Part shown: one piece after another, positions 1 to 11,400 of the stretch
How the letters are laid out: each line of letters starts with the position of its first letter
Numbering within the stretch: the first letter of the stretch is position 1
NCBI RefSeq assembly: GCF_009914755.1
Contig: NC_060941.1
Direction: 5' to 3' (one strand)
From: the human T2T-CHM13v2.0 reference genome, Homo sapiens
Length of the DNA: 64,000 nucleotides
Notes under the pieces: model-generated
What the model saw: the letters and a program-made list of their open reading frames with translations, nothing else
What the model was told of the DNA's origin: nothing
Database searches by the model: none
Position numbers and translations under genes: made by a program

Positions 1-206
1 GAATCTGCAAGTGGAGATATGGACCGCTTTGAGGCCTATGGTAGTAAAGGAAATAGCTTCATATAAAAGCTAGACAGTAGCATTCACAGAAAACTCTTGG
101 TGACGACTGAGTTTAACTCACAGAGCTGAACATTCCTTTGGATGGAGCAGTTTCGAAACACACTATTTGTAGAATGTGCAAGTGGATATTTAGGCCTCTC
201 TGAGGA

Positions 207-223
207 TTTCGTTGGAAACGGGT
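207..223 (+). promoter_or_regulatory. CENP-B box (repeated in every HOR)
   Basis: tTTCGttggAaaCGGGt matches nTTCGnnnnAnnCGGGn. Confidence 0.95.
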
Positions 224-373
224 TAAACCGCACAGAACTAAACAGAAGCATTCTCAGAACCTTCTTCGTGATGTTTGCATTCAACTCACAGTGTTGAACC
301 TTTCTTTGATAGTTCAGGTTTGAAACGGTCTTTCTGTAGAAACTGCAAGTAGATATTTGGACCTCTCTGAGGA

Positions 374-390
374 TTTCGTTGGAAACGGGA
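374..390 (+). promoter_or_regulatory. CENP-B box (repeated in every HOR)
   Basis: tTTCGttggAaaCGGGa. Confidence 0.95.
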
Positions 391-541
391 TAACCCGCAC
401 AGAACTAAAACAGAAGCATTCTCAGAACCCTCTTCGTGATGTTTGCATTCAACTCACAGTGCTGAACCTTTCTTTGATAGTTCAGCTTTGAAACACTCTT
501 TTTGTAGAAACTGCAAGTGGATATTTGGTCCTCTCTGAGCA

Positions 542-558
542 TTTCGTTGGAAACGGGA
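542..558 (+). promoter_or_regulatory. CENP-B box (repeated in every HOR)
   Basis: tTTCGttggAaaCGGGa; the first base is A in the units carrying the extra EcoRI site. Confidence 0.95.
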
Positions 559-878
559 TAAACTGCACAGAACTAAACAGAAGCATTCTCAGAACCTTCT
601 TCGTGATGTCTGCATTCAACTCACAGTGTGGAACCTTTCTTTGATAGTTCAGGTTTGAAACACTCTTTTTGTAGAAACTGCAAGGGGATAATTGCACTCT
701 TTGAGGAGTACCGTAGTAAAGGAAATAACTTCCTATAAAAAGAAGACAGAAGCTTTCTCAGAAAATTCTTTGGGATGATTGAGTTGAACTCACAGAGCTG
801 AGCATTCCTTGCGATGTAGCAGTTTAGAAACACACTTTCTGCAGAATCTGCAAGTGCATATTTGGACCTCTGTGAGGA

Positions 879-895
879 ATTCGTTGGAAACGGGA
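879..895 (+). promoter_or_regulatory. CENP-B box overlapping the fixed EcoRI site (GAATTC 877-882)
   Basis: aTTCGttggAaaCGGGa. GAATTC is present at this offset in every unit inspected, giving a 2.7-kb EcoRI repeat. Confidence 0.95.
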
Positions 896-1044
896 TAATT
901 TCAGCTGACTAAACAGAAGCAGTCTCAGAATCTTCTTTGTGATGTTTGCATTCAAATCCCCGAGTTGAACTTTCCTTTCAAAGTTCACGTTTGAAACACT
1001 CTTTTTGCAGGATCTACAAGTGGATATTTGGACCACTCTGTGTC

Positions 1045-1061
1045 CTTCGTTCGAAACGGGT
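1045..1061 (+). promoter_or_regulatory. CENP-B box (three-CpG variant)
   Basis: cTTCGttcgAaaCGGGt; reads cTTCGatcgAaaCGGGt in 14 units. Confidence 0.93.
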
Positions 1062-1215
1062 ATATCTTCACATGACATCTAGACAGAAGCATCCTCAGAA
1101 GCTTCTCTGTGATGACTGCATTCAACTCACGGAGTTGAACACTCCTTTTGAGAGCGCAGTTTTGAAACTCTCTTTCTGTGGCATCTGCAAGGGGACACGT
1201 AGACCTCTTTGAAGA

Positions 1216-1232
1216 TTTCGTTGGAAACGGAA
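1216..1232 (+). promoter_or_regulatory. Degenerate CENP-B box (CGGA instead of CGGG)
   Basis: tTTCGttggAaaCGGaa: one of nine core positions is altered, in every unit inspected. Confidence 0.8.
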
Positions 1233-1728
1233 TCATCTTCACATAAAAACTATACAGACGCATTCTCAGGAACTTTTTGGTGATGTTTGTATTCAACTCC
1301 CAGAGTTGAACTTTCCTTTGGAAAGAGCAGCTATGAAACACTCTTTTTCTAGAATCTGCAAGTGGACGTTTGGAGGGCTTTGTGGTTTGTGGTGGAAAAG
1401 GAAATATCTTCACCTAAATACTAGATAGAAGCATTCTCAGAAACTGCTTTGTGATGATTGCATTCACCTCACAGAGTTGAACATTCCTATTGATAGAGCA
1501 GTTTGGAAACACTCTTGTTGTGGAATGTGCAAGTGGAGATTTGGAGCGCTTTGAGGCCTATGGTAGTAAAGGGAATAGCTTCATAGAAAAACTAGACAGA
1601 AGCATTCTCAGAAAATACTTTGTGATGATTGAGTTTAACTCACAGAGCTGAACATTCCTTTGGATGGAGCAGGTTTGAGACACACTTTTTGTAGAATCTA
1701 CAAGTGGATATTTGGACCTCTCTGAGGA

Positions 1729-1745
1729 TTTCGTTGGAAACGGGA
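1729..1745 (+). promoter_or_regulatory. CENP-B box (repeated in every HOR)
   Basis: tTTCGttggAaaCGGGa. Confidence 0.95.
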
Positions 1746-1894
1746 TAACTGCACCTAACTAAACGGAAGCATTCTCAGAAACTTCTTGGTGATGTTTGCA
1801 TTCAAATCCCAGAGTTGAACCTTCCTTTGATAGTTCAGGTTTGAAACACTCTTTTTGTAGGATCTGCAAGTGGATATTTGGACCACTCTGTGGC

Positions 1895-1911
1895 CTTCGT
1901 TCGAAACGGGT
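1895..1911 (+). promoter_or_regulatory. CENP-B box (three-CpG variant)
   Basis: cTTCGttcgAaaCGGGt. Confidence 0.93.
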
Positions 1912-2065
1912 ATATCTTCGCATAAAATCTAGACAGAAGCCTTCTCAGAAACTTCTCTGTGATGATTGCATTCAACTCACAGAGTTGAACCCTCCTATGG
2001 ATAGAGCAGTGTTGAAACTCTCTTTTTGTGGAATCTGCAAGTGGATATGTGGACCTCTCCGAAGA

Positions 2066-2082
2066 TGTCTTTGGAAACGGGA
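2066..2082 (+). promoter_or_regulatory. Degenerate CENP-B box (TTCG core lost)
   Basis: tgTCtttggAaaCGGGa: GTCT replaces TTCG, in every unit inspected. Confidence 0.8.
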
Positions 2083-2408
2083 ATATCTTCACATAAAAAC
2101 TAAACAGAAGCATTCTCAGAAACTTCTCTGTGATGTTTGTGTTCAACTCCCAGAGTTTCACATTGCTTTTCATAGAGTAGTTCTGAAACATGCTTTTCGT
2201 AGTGTCTACAAGTGGACATTTGGAGCGCTTTCAGGCCTGTGGTGGAAAACGAATTATGGTCACATAAAAACTGGAGAGAAGCATTGTCAGAAACTTCTTT
2301 GTGATGATTGCATTCAACTCACAGAGTTGAAGGTTCCTTTTCAAAGAGCAGTTTCCAATCACTCTTTCTGTGGAATCTGCAAGTGGATATTCGGACCTAT
2401 TTTGAAGA

Positions 2409-2425
2409 TTTCGTTGGAAACGGGA
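2409..2425 (+). promoter_or_regulatory. CENP-B box (repeated in every HOR)
   Basis: tTTCGttggAaaCGGGa. Confidence 0.95.
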
Positions 2426-5400
2426 GAATCTTCACAGGAAAGCTAAACAGAAGCATTCTCAGAAACTTCTTTGTGATGCTTGCATTCAACTCACAGAGTT
2501 GAACTTTCCTTTCGAGAGAGAAGCTTTGAAACACTCTTTTTCCAGAATCTGCAAGTGGACATTTGGAGGGCTTTGAGGCCTGTGGTGGAAAAGGAATTAT
2601 CTTCCCGTAAAAGCTAGATAGAAGCATTCTCAGAAACTACTTTGTGATGATTGCATTCAAGTCACAGAGTTGAACATTCCCTTTGACAGAGCAGTTTGGA
2701 AACTCTCTTTGTGTAGAATCTGCAAGTGGAGATATGGACCGCTTTGAGGCCTATGGTAGTAAAGGAAATAGCTTCATATAAAAGCTAGACAGTAGCATTC
2801 ACAGAAAACTCTTGGTGACGACTGAGTTTAACTCACAGAGCTGAACATTCCTTTGGATGGAGCAGTTTCGAAACACACTATTTGTAGAATGTGCAAGTGG
2901 ATATTTAGGCCTCTCTGAGGATTTCGTTGGAAACGGGATAAACCGCACAGAACTAAACAGAAGCATTCTCAGAACCTTCTTCGTGATGTTTGCATTCAAC
3001 TCACAGTGTTGAACCTTTCTTTGATAGTTCAGGTTTGAAACGGTCTTTCTGTAGAAACTGCAAGTAGATATTTGGACCTCTCTGAGGATTTCGTTGGAAA
3101 CGGGATAACCCGCACAGAACTAAAACAGAAGCATTCTCAGAACCCTCTTCGTGATGTTTGCATTCAACTCACAGTGCTGAACCTTTCTTTGATAGTTCAG
3201 CTTTGAAACACTCTTTTTGTAGAAACTGCAAGTGGATATTTGGTCCTCTCTGAGCATTTCGTTGGAAACGGGATAAACTGCACAGAACTAAACAGAAGCA
3301 TTCTCAGAACCTTCTTCGTGATGTCTGCATTCAACTCACAGTGTGGAACCTTTCTTTGATAGTTCAGGTTTGAAACACTCTTTTTGTAGAAACTGCAAGG
3401 GGATAATTGCACTCTTTGAGGAGTACCGTAGTAAAGGAAATAACTTCCTATAAAAAGAAGACAGAAGCTTTCTCAGAAAATTCTTTGGGATGATTGAGTT
3501 GAACTCACAGAGCTGAGCATTCCTTGCGATGTAGCAGTTTAGAAACACACTTTCTGCAGAATCTGCAAGTGCATATTTGGACCTCTGTGAGGAATTCGTT
3601 GGAAACGGGATAATTTCAGCTGACTAAACAGAAGCAGTCTCAGAATCTTCTTTGTGATGTTTGCATTCAAATCCCCGAGTTGAACTTTCCTTTCAAAGTT
3701 CACGTTTGAAACACTCTTTTTGCAGGATCTACAAGTGGATATTTGGACCACTCTGTGTCCTTCGTTCGAAACGGGTATATCTTCACATGACATCTAGACA
3801 GAAGCATCCTCAGAAGCTTCTCTGTGATGACTGCATTCAACTCACGGAGTTGAACACTCCTTTTGAGAGCGCAGTTTTGAAACTCTCTTTCTGTGGCATC
3901 TGCAAGGGGACATGTAGACCTCTTTGAAGATTTCGTTGGAAACGGAATCATCTTCACATAAAAACTATACAGACGCATTCTCAGGAACTTTTTGGTGATG
4001 TTTGTATTCAACTCCCAGAGTTGAACTTTCCTTTGGAAAGAGCAGCTATGAAACACTCTTTTTCTAGAATCTGCAAGTGGACGTTTGGAGGGCTTTGTGG
4101 TTTGTGGTGGAAAAGGAAATATCTTCACCTAAATACTAGATAGAAGCATTCTCAGAAACTGCTTTGTGATGATTGCATTCACCTCACAGAGTTGAACATT
4201 CCTATTGATAGAGCAGTTTGGAAACACTCTTGTTGTGGAATGTGCAAGTGGAGATTTGGAGCGCTTTGAGGCCTATGGTAGTAAAGGGAATAGCTTCATA
4301 GAAAAACTAGACAGAAGCATTCTCAGAAAATACTTTGTGATGATTGAGTTTAACTCACAGAGCTGAACATTCCTTTGGATGGAGCAGGTTTGAGACACAC
4401 TTTTTGTAGAATCTACAAGTGGATATTTGGACCTCTCTGAGGATTTCGTTGGAAACGGGATAACTGCACCTAACTAAACGGAAGCATTCTCAGAAACTTC
4501 TTGGTGATGTTTGCATTCAAATCCCAGAGTTGAACCTTCCTTTGATAGTTCAGGTTTGAAACACTCTTTTTGTAGGATCTGCAAGTGGATATTTGGACCA
4601 CTCTGTGGCCTTCGTTCGAAACGGGTATATCTTCGCATAAAATCTAGACAGAAGCCTTCTCAGAAACTTCTCTGTGATGATTGCATTCAACTCACAGAGT
4701 TGAACCCTCCTATGGATAGAGCAGTGTTGAAACTCTCTTTTTGTGGAATCTGCAAGTGGATATGTGGACCTCTCCGAAGATGTCTTTGGAAACGGGAATA
4801 TCTTCACATAAAAACTAAACAGAAGCATTCTCAGAAACTTCTCTGTGATGTTTGTGTTCAACTCCCAGAGTTTCACATTGCTTTTCATAGAGTAGTTCTG
4901 AAACATGCTTTTCGTAGTGTCTACAAGTGGACATTTGGAGCGCTTTCAGGCCTGTGGTGGAAAACGAATTATGGTCACATAAAAACTGGAGAGAAGCATT
5001 GTCAGAAACTTCTTTGTGATGATTGCATTCAACTCACAGAGTTTAAGGTTCCTTTTCAAAGAGCAGTTTCCAGTCACTCTTTGTGTGGAATCTGCAAGTT
5101 GATATTTGGACCTATTTTGAAGATTTCGTTGGAAACGGGAGAATCTTCACAGGAAAGCTAAACAGAAGCATTCTCAGAAACTTCTTTGTGATGCTTGCAT
5201 TCAACTCACAGAGTTGAACTTTCCTTTCGAGAGAGAAGCTTTGAAACACTCTTTTTCCAGAATCTGCAAGTGGACATTTGGAGGGCTTTGAGGCCTGTGG
5301 TGGAAAAGGAATTATCTTCCCGTAAAAGCTAGATAGAAGCATTCTCAGAAACTACTTTGTGATGATTGCATTCAAGTCACAGAGTTGAACATTCCCTTTG

Positions 5401-8400
5401 ACAGAGCAGTTTGGAAACTCTCTTTGTGTAGAATCTGCAAGTGGAGATATGGACCGCTTTGAGGCCTATGGTAGTAAAGGAAATAGCTTCATATAAAAGC
5501 TAGACAGTAGCATTCACAGAAAACTCTTGGTGACGACTGAGTTTAACTCACAGAGCTGAACATTCCTTTGGATGGAGCAGTTTCGAAACACACTATTTGT
5601 AGAATGTGCAAGTGGATATTTAGGCCTCTCTGAGGATTTCGTTGGAAACGGGATAAACCGCACAGAACTAAACAGAAGCATTCTCAGAACCTTCTTCGTG
5701 ATGTTTGCATTCAACTCACAGTGTTGAACCTTTCTTTGATAGTTCAGGTTTGAAACGGTCTTTCTGTAGAAACTGCAAGTAGATATTTGGACCTCTCTGA
5801 GGATTTCGTTGGAAACGGGATAACCCGCACAGAACTAAAACAGAAGCATTCTCAGAACCCTCTTCGTGATGTTTGCATTCAACTCACAGTGCTGAACCTT
5901 TCTTTGATAGTTCAGCTTTGAAACACTCTTTTTGTAGAAACTGCAAGTGGATATTTGGTCCTCTCTGAGGAATTCGTTGGAAACGGGATAAACTGCACAG
6001 AACTAAACAGAAGCATTCTCAGAACCTTCTTCGTGATGTCTGCATTCAACTCACAGTGTGGAACCTTTCTTTGATAGTTCAGGTTTGAAACACTCTTTTT
6101 GTAGAAACTGCAAGGGGATAATTGCACTCTTTGAGGAGTACCGTAGTAAAGGAAATAACTTCCTATAAAAAGAAGACAGAAGCTTTCTCAGAAAATTCTT
6201 TGGGATGATTGAGTTGAACTCACAGAGCTGAGCATTCCTTGCGATGTAGCAGTTTAGAAACACACTTTCTGCAGAATCTGCAAGTGCATATTTGGACCTC
6301 TGTGAGGAATTCGTTGGAAACGGGATAATTTCAGCTGACTAAACAGAAGCAGTCTCAGAATCTTCTTTGTGATGTTTGCATTCAAATCCCCGAGTTGAAC
6401 TTTCCTTTCAAAGTTCACGTTTGAAACACTCTTTTTGCAGGATCTACAAGTGGATATTTGGACCACTCTGTGTCCTTCGATCGAAACGGGTATATCTTCA
6501 CATGACATCTAGACAGAAGCATCCTCAGAAGCTTCTCTGTGATGACTGCATTCAACTCACGGAGTTGAACACTCCTTTTGAGAGCGCAGTTTTGAAACTC
6601 TCTTTCTGTGGCATCTGCAAGGGGACATGTAGACCTCTTTGAAGATTTCGTTGGAAACGGAATCATCTTCACATAAAAACTACACAGATGCATTCTCAGG
6701 AACTTTTTGGTGATGTTTGTATTCAACTCCCAGAGTTGAACTTTCCTTTGGAAAGAGCAGCTATGAAACACTGTTTTTCTAGAATCTGCAAGTGGACGTT
6801 TGGAGGGCTTTGTGGTTTGTGGTGGAAAAGGAAATATCTTCACCTAAATACTAGATAGAAGCATTCTCAGAAACTGCTTTGTGATGATTGCATTCACCTC
6901 ACAGAGTTGAACATTCCTATTGATAGAGCAGTTTGGAAACACTCTTGTTGTGGAATGTGCAAGTGGAGATTTGGAGCGCTTTGAGGCCTATGGTAGTAAA
7001 GGGAATAGCTTCATAGAAAAACTAGACAGAAGCATTCTCAGAAAATACTTTGTGATGATTGAGTTTAACTCACAGAGCTGAACATTCCTTTGGATGGAGC
7101 AGGTTTGAGACACACTTTTTGTAGAATCTACAAGTGGATATTTGGACCTCTCTGAGGATTTCGTTGGAAACGGGATAACTGCACCTAACTAAACGGAAGC
7201 ATTCTCAGAAACTTCTTGGTGATGTTTGCATTCAAATCCCAGAGTTGAACCTTCCTTTGATAGTTCAGGTTTGAAACACTCTTTTTGTAGGATCTGCAAG
7301 TGGATATTTGGACCACTCTGTGGCCTTCGTTCGAAACGGGTATATCTTCGCATAAAATCTAGACAGAAGCCTTCTCAGAAACTTCTCTGTGATGATTGCA
7401 TTCAACTCACAGAGTTGAACCCTCCTATGGATAGAGCAGTGTTGAAACTCTCTTTTTGTGGAATCTGCAAGTGGATACGTGGACCTCTCCGAAGATGTCT
7501 TTGGAAACGGGAATATCTTCACATAAAAACTAAACAGAAGCATTCTCAGAAACTTCTCTGTGATGTTTGTGTTCAACTCCCAGAGTTTCACATTGCTTTT
7601 CATAGAGTAGTTCTGAAACATGCTTTTCGTAGTGTCTACAAGTGGACATTTGGAGCGCTTTCAGGCCTGTGGTGGAAAACGAATTATGGTCACATAAAAA
7701 CTGGAGAGAAGCATTGTCAGAAACTTCTTTGTGATGATTGCATTCAACTCACAGAGTTGAAGGTTCCTTTTCAAAGAGCAGTTTCCAATCACTCTTTCTG
7801 TGGAATCTGCAAGTGGATATTTGGACCTATTTTGAAGATTTCGTTGGAAACGGGAGAATCTTCACAGGAAAGCTAAACAGAAGCATTCTCAGAAACTTCT
7901 TTGTGATGCTTGCATTCAACTCACAGAGTTGAACTTTCCTTTCGAGAGAGAAGCTTTGAAACACTCTTTTTCCAGAATCTGCAAGTGGACATTTGGAGGG
8001 CTTTGAGGCCTGTGGTGGAAAAGGAATTATCTTCCCGTAAAAGCTAGATAGAAGCATTCTCAGAAACTACTTTGTGATGATTGCATTCAAGTCACAGAGT
8101 TGAACATTCCCTTTGACAGAGCAGTTTGGAAACTCTCTTTGTGTAGAATCTGCAAGTGGAGATATGGACCGCTTTGAGGCCTATGGTAGTAAAGGAAATA
8201 GCTTCATATAAAAGCTAGACAGTAGCATTCACAGAAAACTCTTGGTGACGACTGAGTTTAACTCACAGAGCTGAACATTCCTTTGGATGGAGCAGTTTCG
8301 AAACACACTATTTGTAGAATGTGCAAGTGGATATTTAGGCCTCTCTGAGGATTTCGTTGGAAACGGGATAAACCGCACAGAACTAAACAGAAGCATTCTC

Positions 8401-11400
8401 AGAACCTTCTTCGTGATGTTTGCATTCAACTCACAGTGTTGAACCTTTCTTTGATAGTTCAGGTTTGAAACGGTCTTTCTGTAGAAACTGCAAGTAGATA
8501 TTTGGACCTCTCTGAGGATTTCGTTGGAAACGGGATAACCCGCACAGAACTAAAACAGAAGCATTCTCAGAACCCTCTTCGTGATGTTTGCATTCAACTC
8601 ACAGTGCTGAACCTTTCTTTGATAGTTCAGCTTTGAAACACTCTTTTTGTAGAAACTGCAAGTGGATATTTGGTCCTCTCTGAGGAATTCGTTGGAAACG
8701 GGATAAACTGCACAGAACTAAACAGAAGCATTCTCAGAACCTTCTTCGTGATGTCTGCATTCAACTCACAGTGTGGAACCTTTCTTTGATAGTTCAGGTT
8801 TGAAACACTCTTTTTGTAGAAACTGCAAGGGGATAATTGCACTCTTTGAGGAGTACCGTAGTAAAGGAAATAACTTCCTATAAAAAGAAGACAGAAGCTT
8901 TCTCAGAAAATTCTTTGGGATGATTGAGTTGAACTCACAGAGCTGAGCATTCCTTGCGATGTAGCAGTTTAGAAACACACTTTCTGCAGAATCTGCAAGT
9001 GCATATTTGGACCTCTGTGAGGAATTCGTTGGAAACGGGATAATTTCAGCTGACTAAACAGAAGCAGTCTCAGAATCTTCTTTGTGATGTTTGCATTCAA
9101 ATCCCCGAGTTGAACTTTCCTTTCAAAGTTCACGTTTGAAACACTCTTTTTGCAGGATCTACAAGTGGATATTTGGACCACTCTGTGTCCTTCGATCGAA
9201 ACGGGTATATCTTCACATGACATCTAGACAGAAGCATCCTCAGAAGCTTCTCTGTGATGACTGCATTCAACTCACGGAGTTGAACACTCCTTTTGAGAGC
9301 GCAGTTTTGAAACTCTCTTTCTGTGGCATCTGCAAGGGGACATGTAGACCTCTTTGAAGATTTCGTTGGAAACGGAATCATCTTCACATAAAAACTACAC
9401 AGATGCATTCTCAGGAACTTTTTGGTGATGTTTGTATTCAACTCCCAGAGTTGAACTTTCCTTTGGAAAGAGCAGCTATGAAACACTGTTTTTCTAGAAT
9501 CTGCAAGTGGACGTTTGGAGGGCTTTGTGGTTTGTGGTGGAAAAGGAAATATCTTCACCTAAATACTAGATAGAAGCATTCTCAGAAACTGCTTTGTGAT
9601 GATTGCATTCACCTCACAGAGTTGAACATTCCTATTGATAGAGCAGTTTGGAAACACTCTTGTTGTGGAATGTGCAAGTGGAGATTTGGAGCGCTTTGAG
9701 GCCTATGGTAGTAAAGGGAATAGCTTCATAGAAAAACTAGACAGAAGCATTCTCAGAAAATACTTTGTGATGATTGAGTTTAACTCACAGAGCTGAACAT
9801 TCCTTTGGATGGAGCAGGTTTGAGACACACTTTTTGTAGAATCTACAAGTGGATATTTGGACCTCTCTGAGGATTTCGTTGGAAACGGGATAACTGCACC
9901 TAACTAAACGGAAGCATTCTCAGAAACTTCTTGGTGATGTTTGCATTCAAATCCCAGAGTTGAACCTTCCTTTGATAGTTCAGGTTTGAAACACTCTTTT
10001 TGTAGGATCTGCAAGTGGATATTTGGACCACTCTGTGGCCTTCGTTCGAAACGGGTATATCTTCGCATAAAATCTAGACAGAAGCCTTCTCAGAAACTTC
10101 TCTGTGATGATTGCATTCAACTCACAGAGTTGAACCCTCCTATGGATAGAGCAGTGTTGAAACTCTCTTTTTGTGGAATCTGCAAGTGGATACGTGGACC
10201 TCTCCGAAGATGTCTTTGGAAACGGGAATATCTTCACATAAAAACTAAACAGAAGCATTCTCAGAAACTTCTCTGTGATGTTTGTGTTCAACTCCCAGAG
10301 TTTCACATTGCTTTTCATAGAGTAGTTCTGAAACATGCTTTTCGTAGTGTCTACAAGTGGACATTTGGAGCGCTTTCAGGCCTGTGGTGGAAAACGAATT
10401 ATGGTCACATAAAAACTGGAGAGAAGCATTGTCAGAAACTTCTTTGTGATGATTGCATTCAACTCACAGAGTTGAAGGTTCCTTTTCAAAGAGCAGTTTC
10501 CAATCACTCTTTCTGTGGAATCTGCAAGTGGATATTTGGACCTATTTTGAAGATTTCGTTGGAAACGGGAGAATCTTCACAGGAAAGCTAAACAGAAGCA
10601 TTCTCAGAAACTTCTTTGTGATGCTTGCATTCAACTCACAGAGTTGAACTTTCCTTTCGAGAGAGAAGCTTTGAAACACTCTTTTTCCAGAATCTGCAAG
10701 TGGACATTTGGAGGGCTTTGAGGCCTGTGGTGGAAAAGGAATTATCTTCCCGTAAAAGCTAGATAGAAGCATTCTCAGAAACTACTTTGTGATGATTGCA
10801 TTCAAGTCACAGAGTTGAACATTCCCTTTGACAGAGCAGTTTGGAAACTCTCTTTGTGTAGAATCTGCAAGTGGAGATATGGACCGCTTTGAGGCCTATG
10901 GTAGTAAAGGAAATAGCTTCATATAAAAGCTAGACAGTAGCATTCACAGAAAACTCTTGGTGACGACTGAGTTTAACTCACAGAGCTGAACATTCCTTTG
11001 GATGGAGCAGTTTCGAAACACACTATTTGTAGAATGTGCAAGTGGATATTTAGGCCTCTCTGAGGATTTCGTTGGAAACGGGATAAACCGCACAGAACTA
11101 AACAGAAGCATTCTCAGAACCTTCTTCGTGATGTTTGCATTCAACTCACAGTGTTGAACCTTTCTTTGATAGTTCAGGTTTGAAACGGTCTTTCTGTAGA
11201 AACTGCAAGTAGATATTTGGACCTCTCTGAGGATTTCGTTGGAAACGGGATAACCCGCACAGAACTAAAACAGAAGCATTCTCAGAACCCTCTTCGTGAT
11301 GTTTGCATTCAACTCACAGTGCTGAACCTTTCTTTGATAGTTCAGCTTTGAAACACTCTTTTTGTAGAAACTGCAAGTGGATATTTGGTCCTCTCTGAGC

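Larger units (their letters stand above)
177..680 (+). repeat. Tandem triplication of one ~167-168 bp monomer within each HOR
   Basis: Three near-identical copies share diagnostic ..GCACAGAACTAAA(A)CAGAAGCATTCTCAGAACC.TCTTCGTGATG..TGCATTCAACTCACAGTG..GAACCTTTCTTTGATAGTTCAG, each carrying a CENP-B box (207, 374, 542). Boundaries are approximate. Confidence 0.9.
753..1602 (+). repeat. Complete SF3-type pentamer (W1-W5-like, 850 bp) inside the HOR
   Basis: B,B,b,A,A pattern. The following block at 1603 onward is a diverged copy at an 850-bp offset: paralogous ORFs MHSNPRVE.. at 946 and 1796, and CTTCGTTCGAAACGGGT at 1045 and 1895. Confidence 0.85.
81..2795 (+). repeat. One complete HOR unit: 16 alphoid monomers
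   Basis: Monomer starts (CATTC phase): 81, 249, 417, 584, 753, 920, 1090, 1261, 1432, 1603, 1770, 1940, 2111, 2282, 2454, 2625; next unit at 2796. Lengths 168,168,167,169,167,170,171,171,171,167,170,171,171,172,171,171 sum to 2715. Box types in order: B B B A | B B b A A | B B b A | B A A (B = intact CENP-B box, b = degenerate, A = A-type/pJalpha-like). Confidence 0.95.
1603..2795 (+). repeat. Second pentamer-derived block with an internal dimer repeat (W1 W2 W3 W4 W3 W4 W5-like)
   Basis: Monomers at 2282 and 2454 resemble those at 1090/1940 and 1261/2111 (GAAGATTTCGTTGGAAACGG-type, then TGTGGTGGAAAA-type). The monomer at 2625 resembles 1432 (GAGGCCTATGGTAGTAAAGG). W labels are inferred. Confidence 0.75.

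Noticed and set aside
207-558. CRISPR-like short repeats (TTTCGTTGGAAACGGGA, GTTTGAAAC) at regular spacing
   Set aside because: The intervening sequences are about 150 bp and homologous to each other rather than unique spacers. No cas genes are present, and the first motif is the CENP-B box.
1971-1989. Imperfect inverted repeat TTCAACTC-ACA-GAGTTGAA in many monomers (terminator- or tRNA-like hairpin)
   Set aside because: This is a standard dyad of the alphoid consensus, with no evidence for an RNA gene or terminator.
1796-2446. 216-aa Cys-rich ORF (CRIC, CDDC, CGIC motifs) repeated in every unit, superficially zinc-finger-like
   Set aside because: It is a translation of alphoid monomers. 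171 bp is 57 codons, so frames stay open and motifs recur. It starts at TTG, overlaps antisense ORFs, and its conservation merely reflects array homogeneity.
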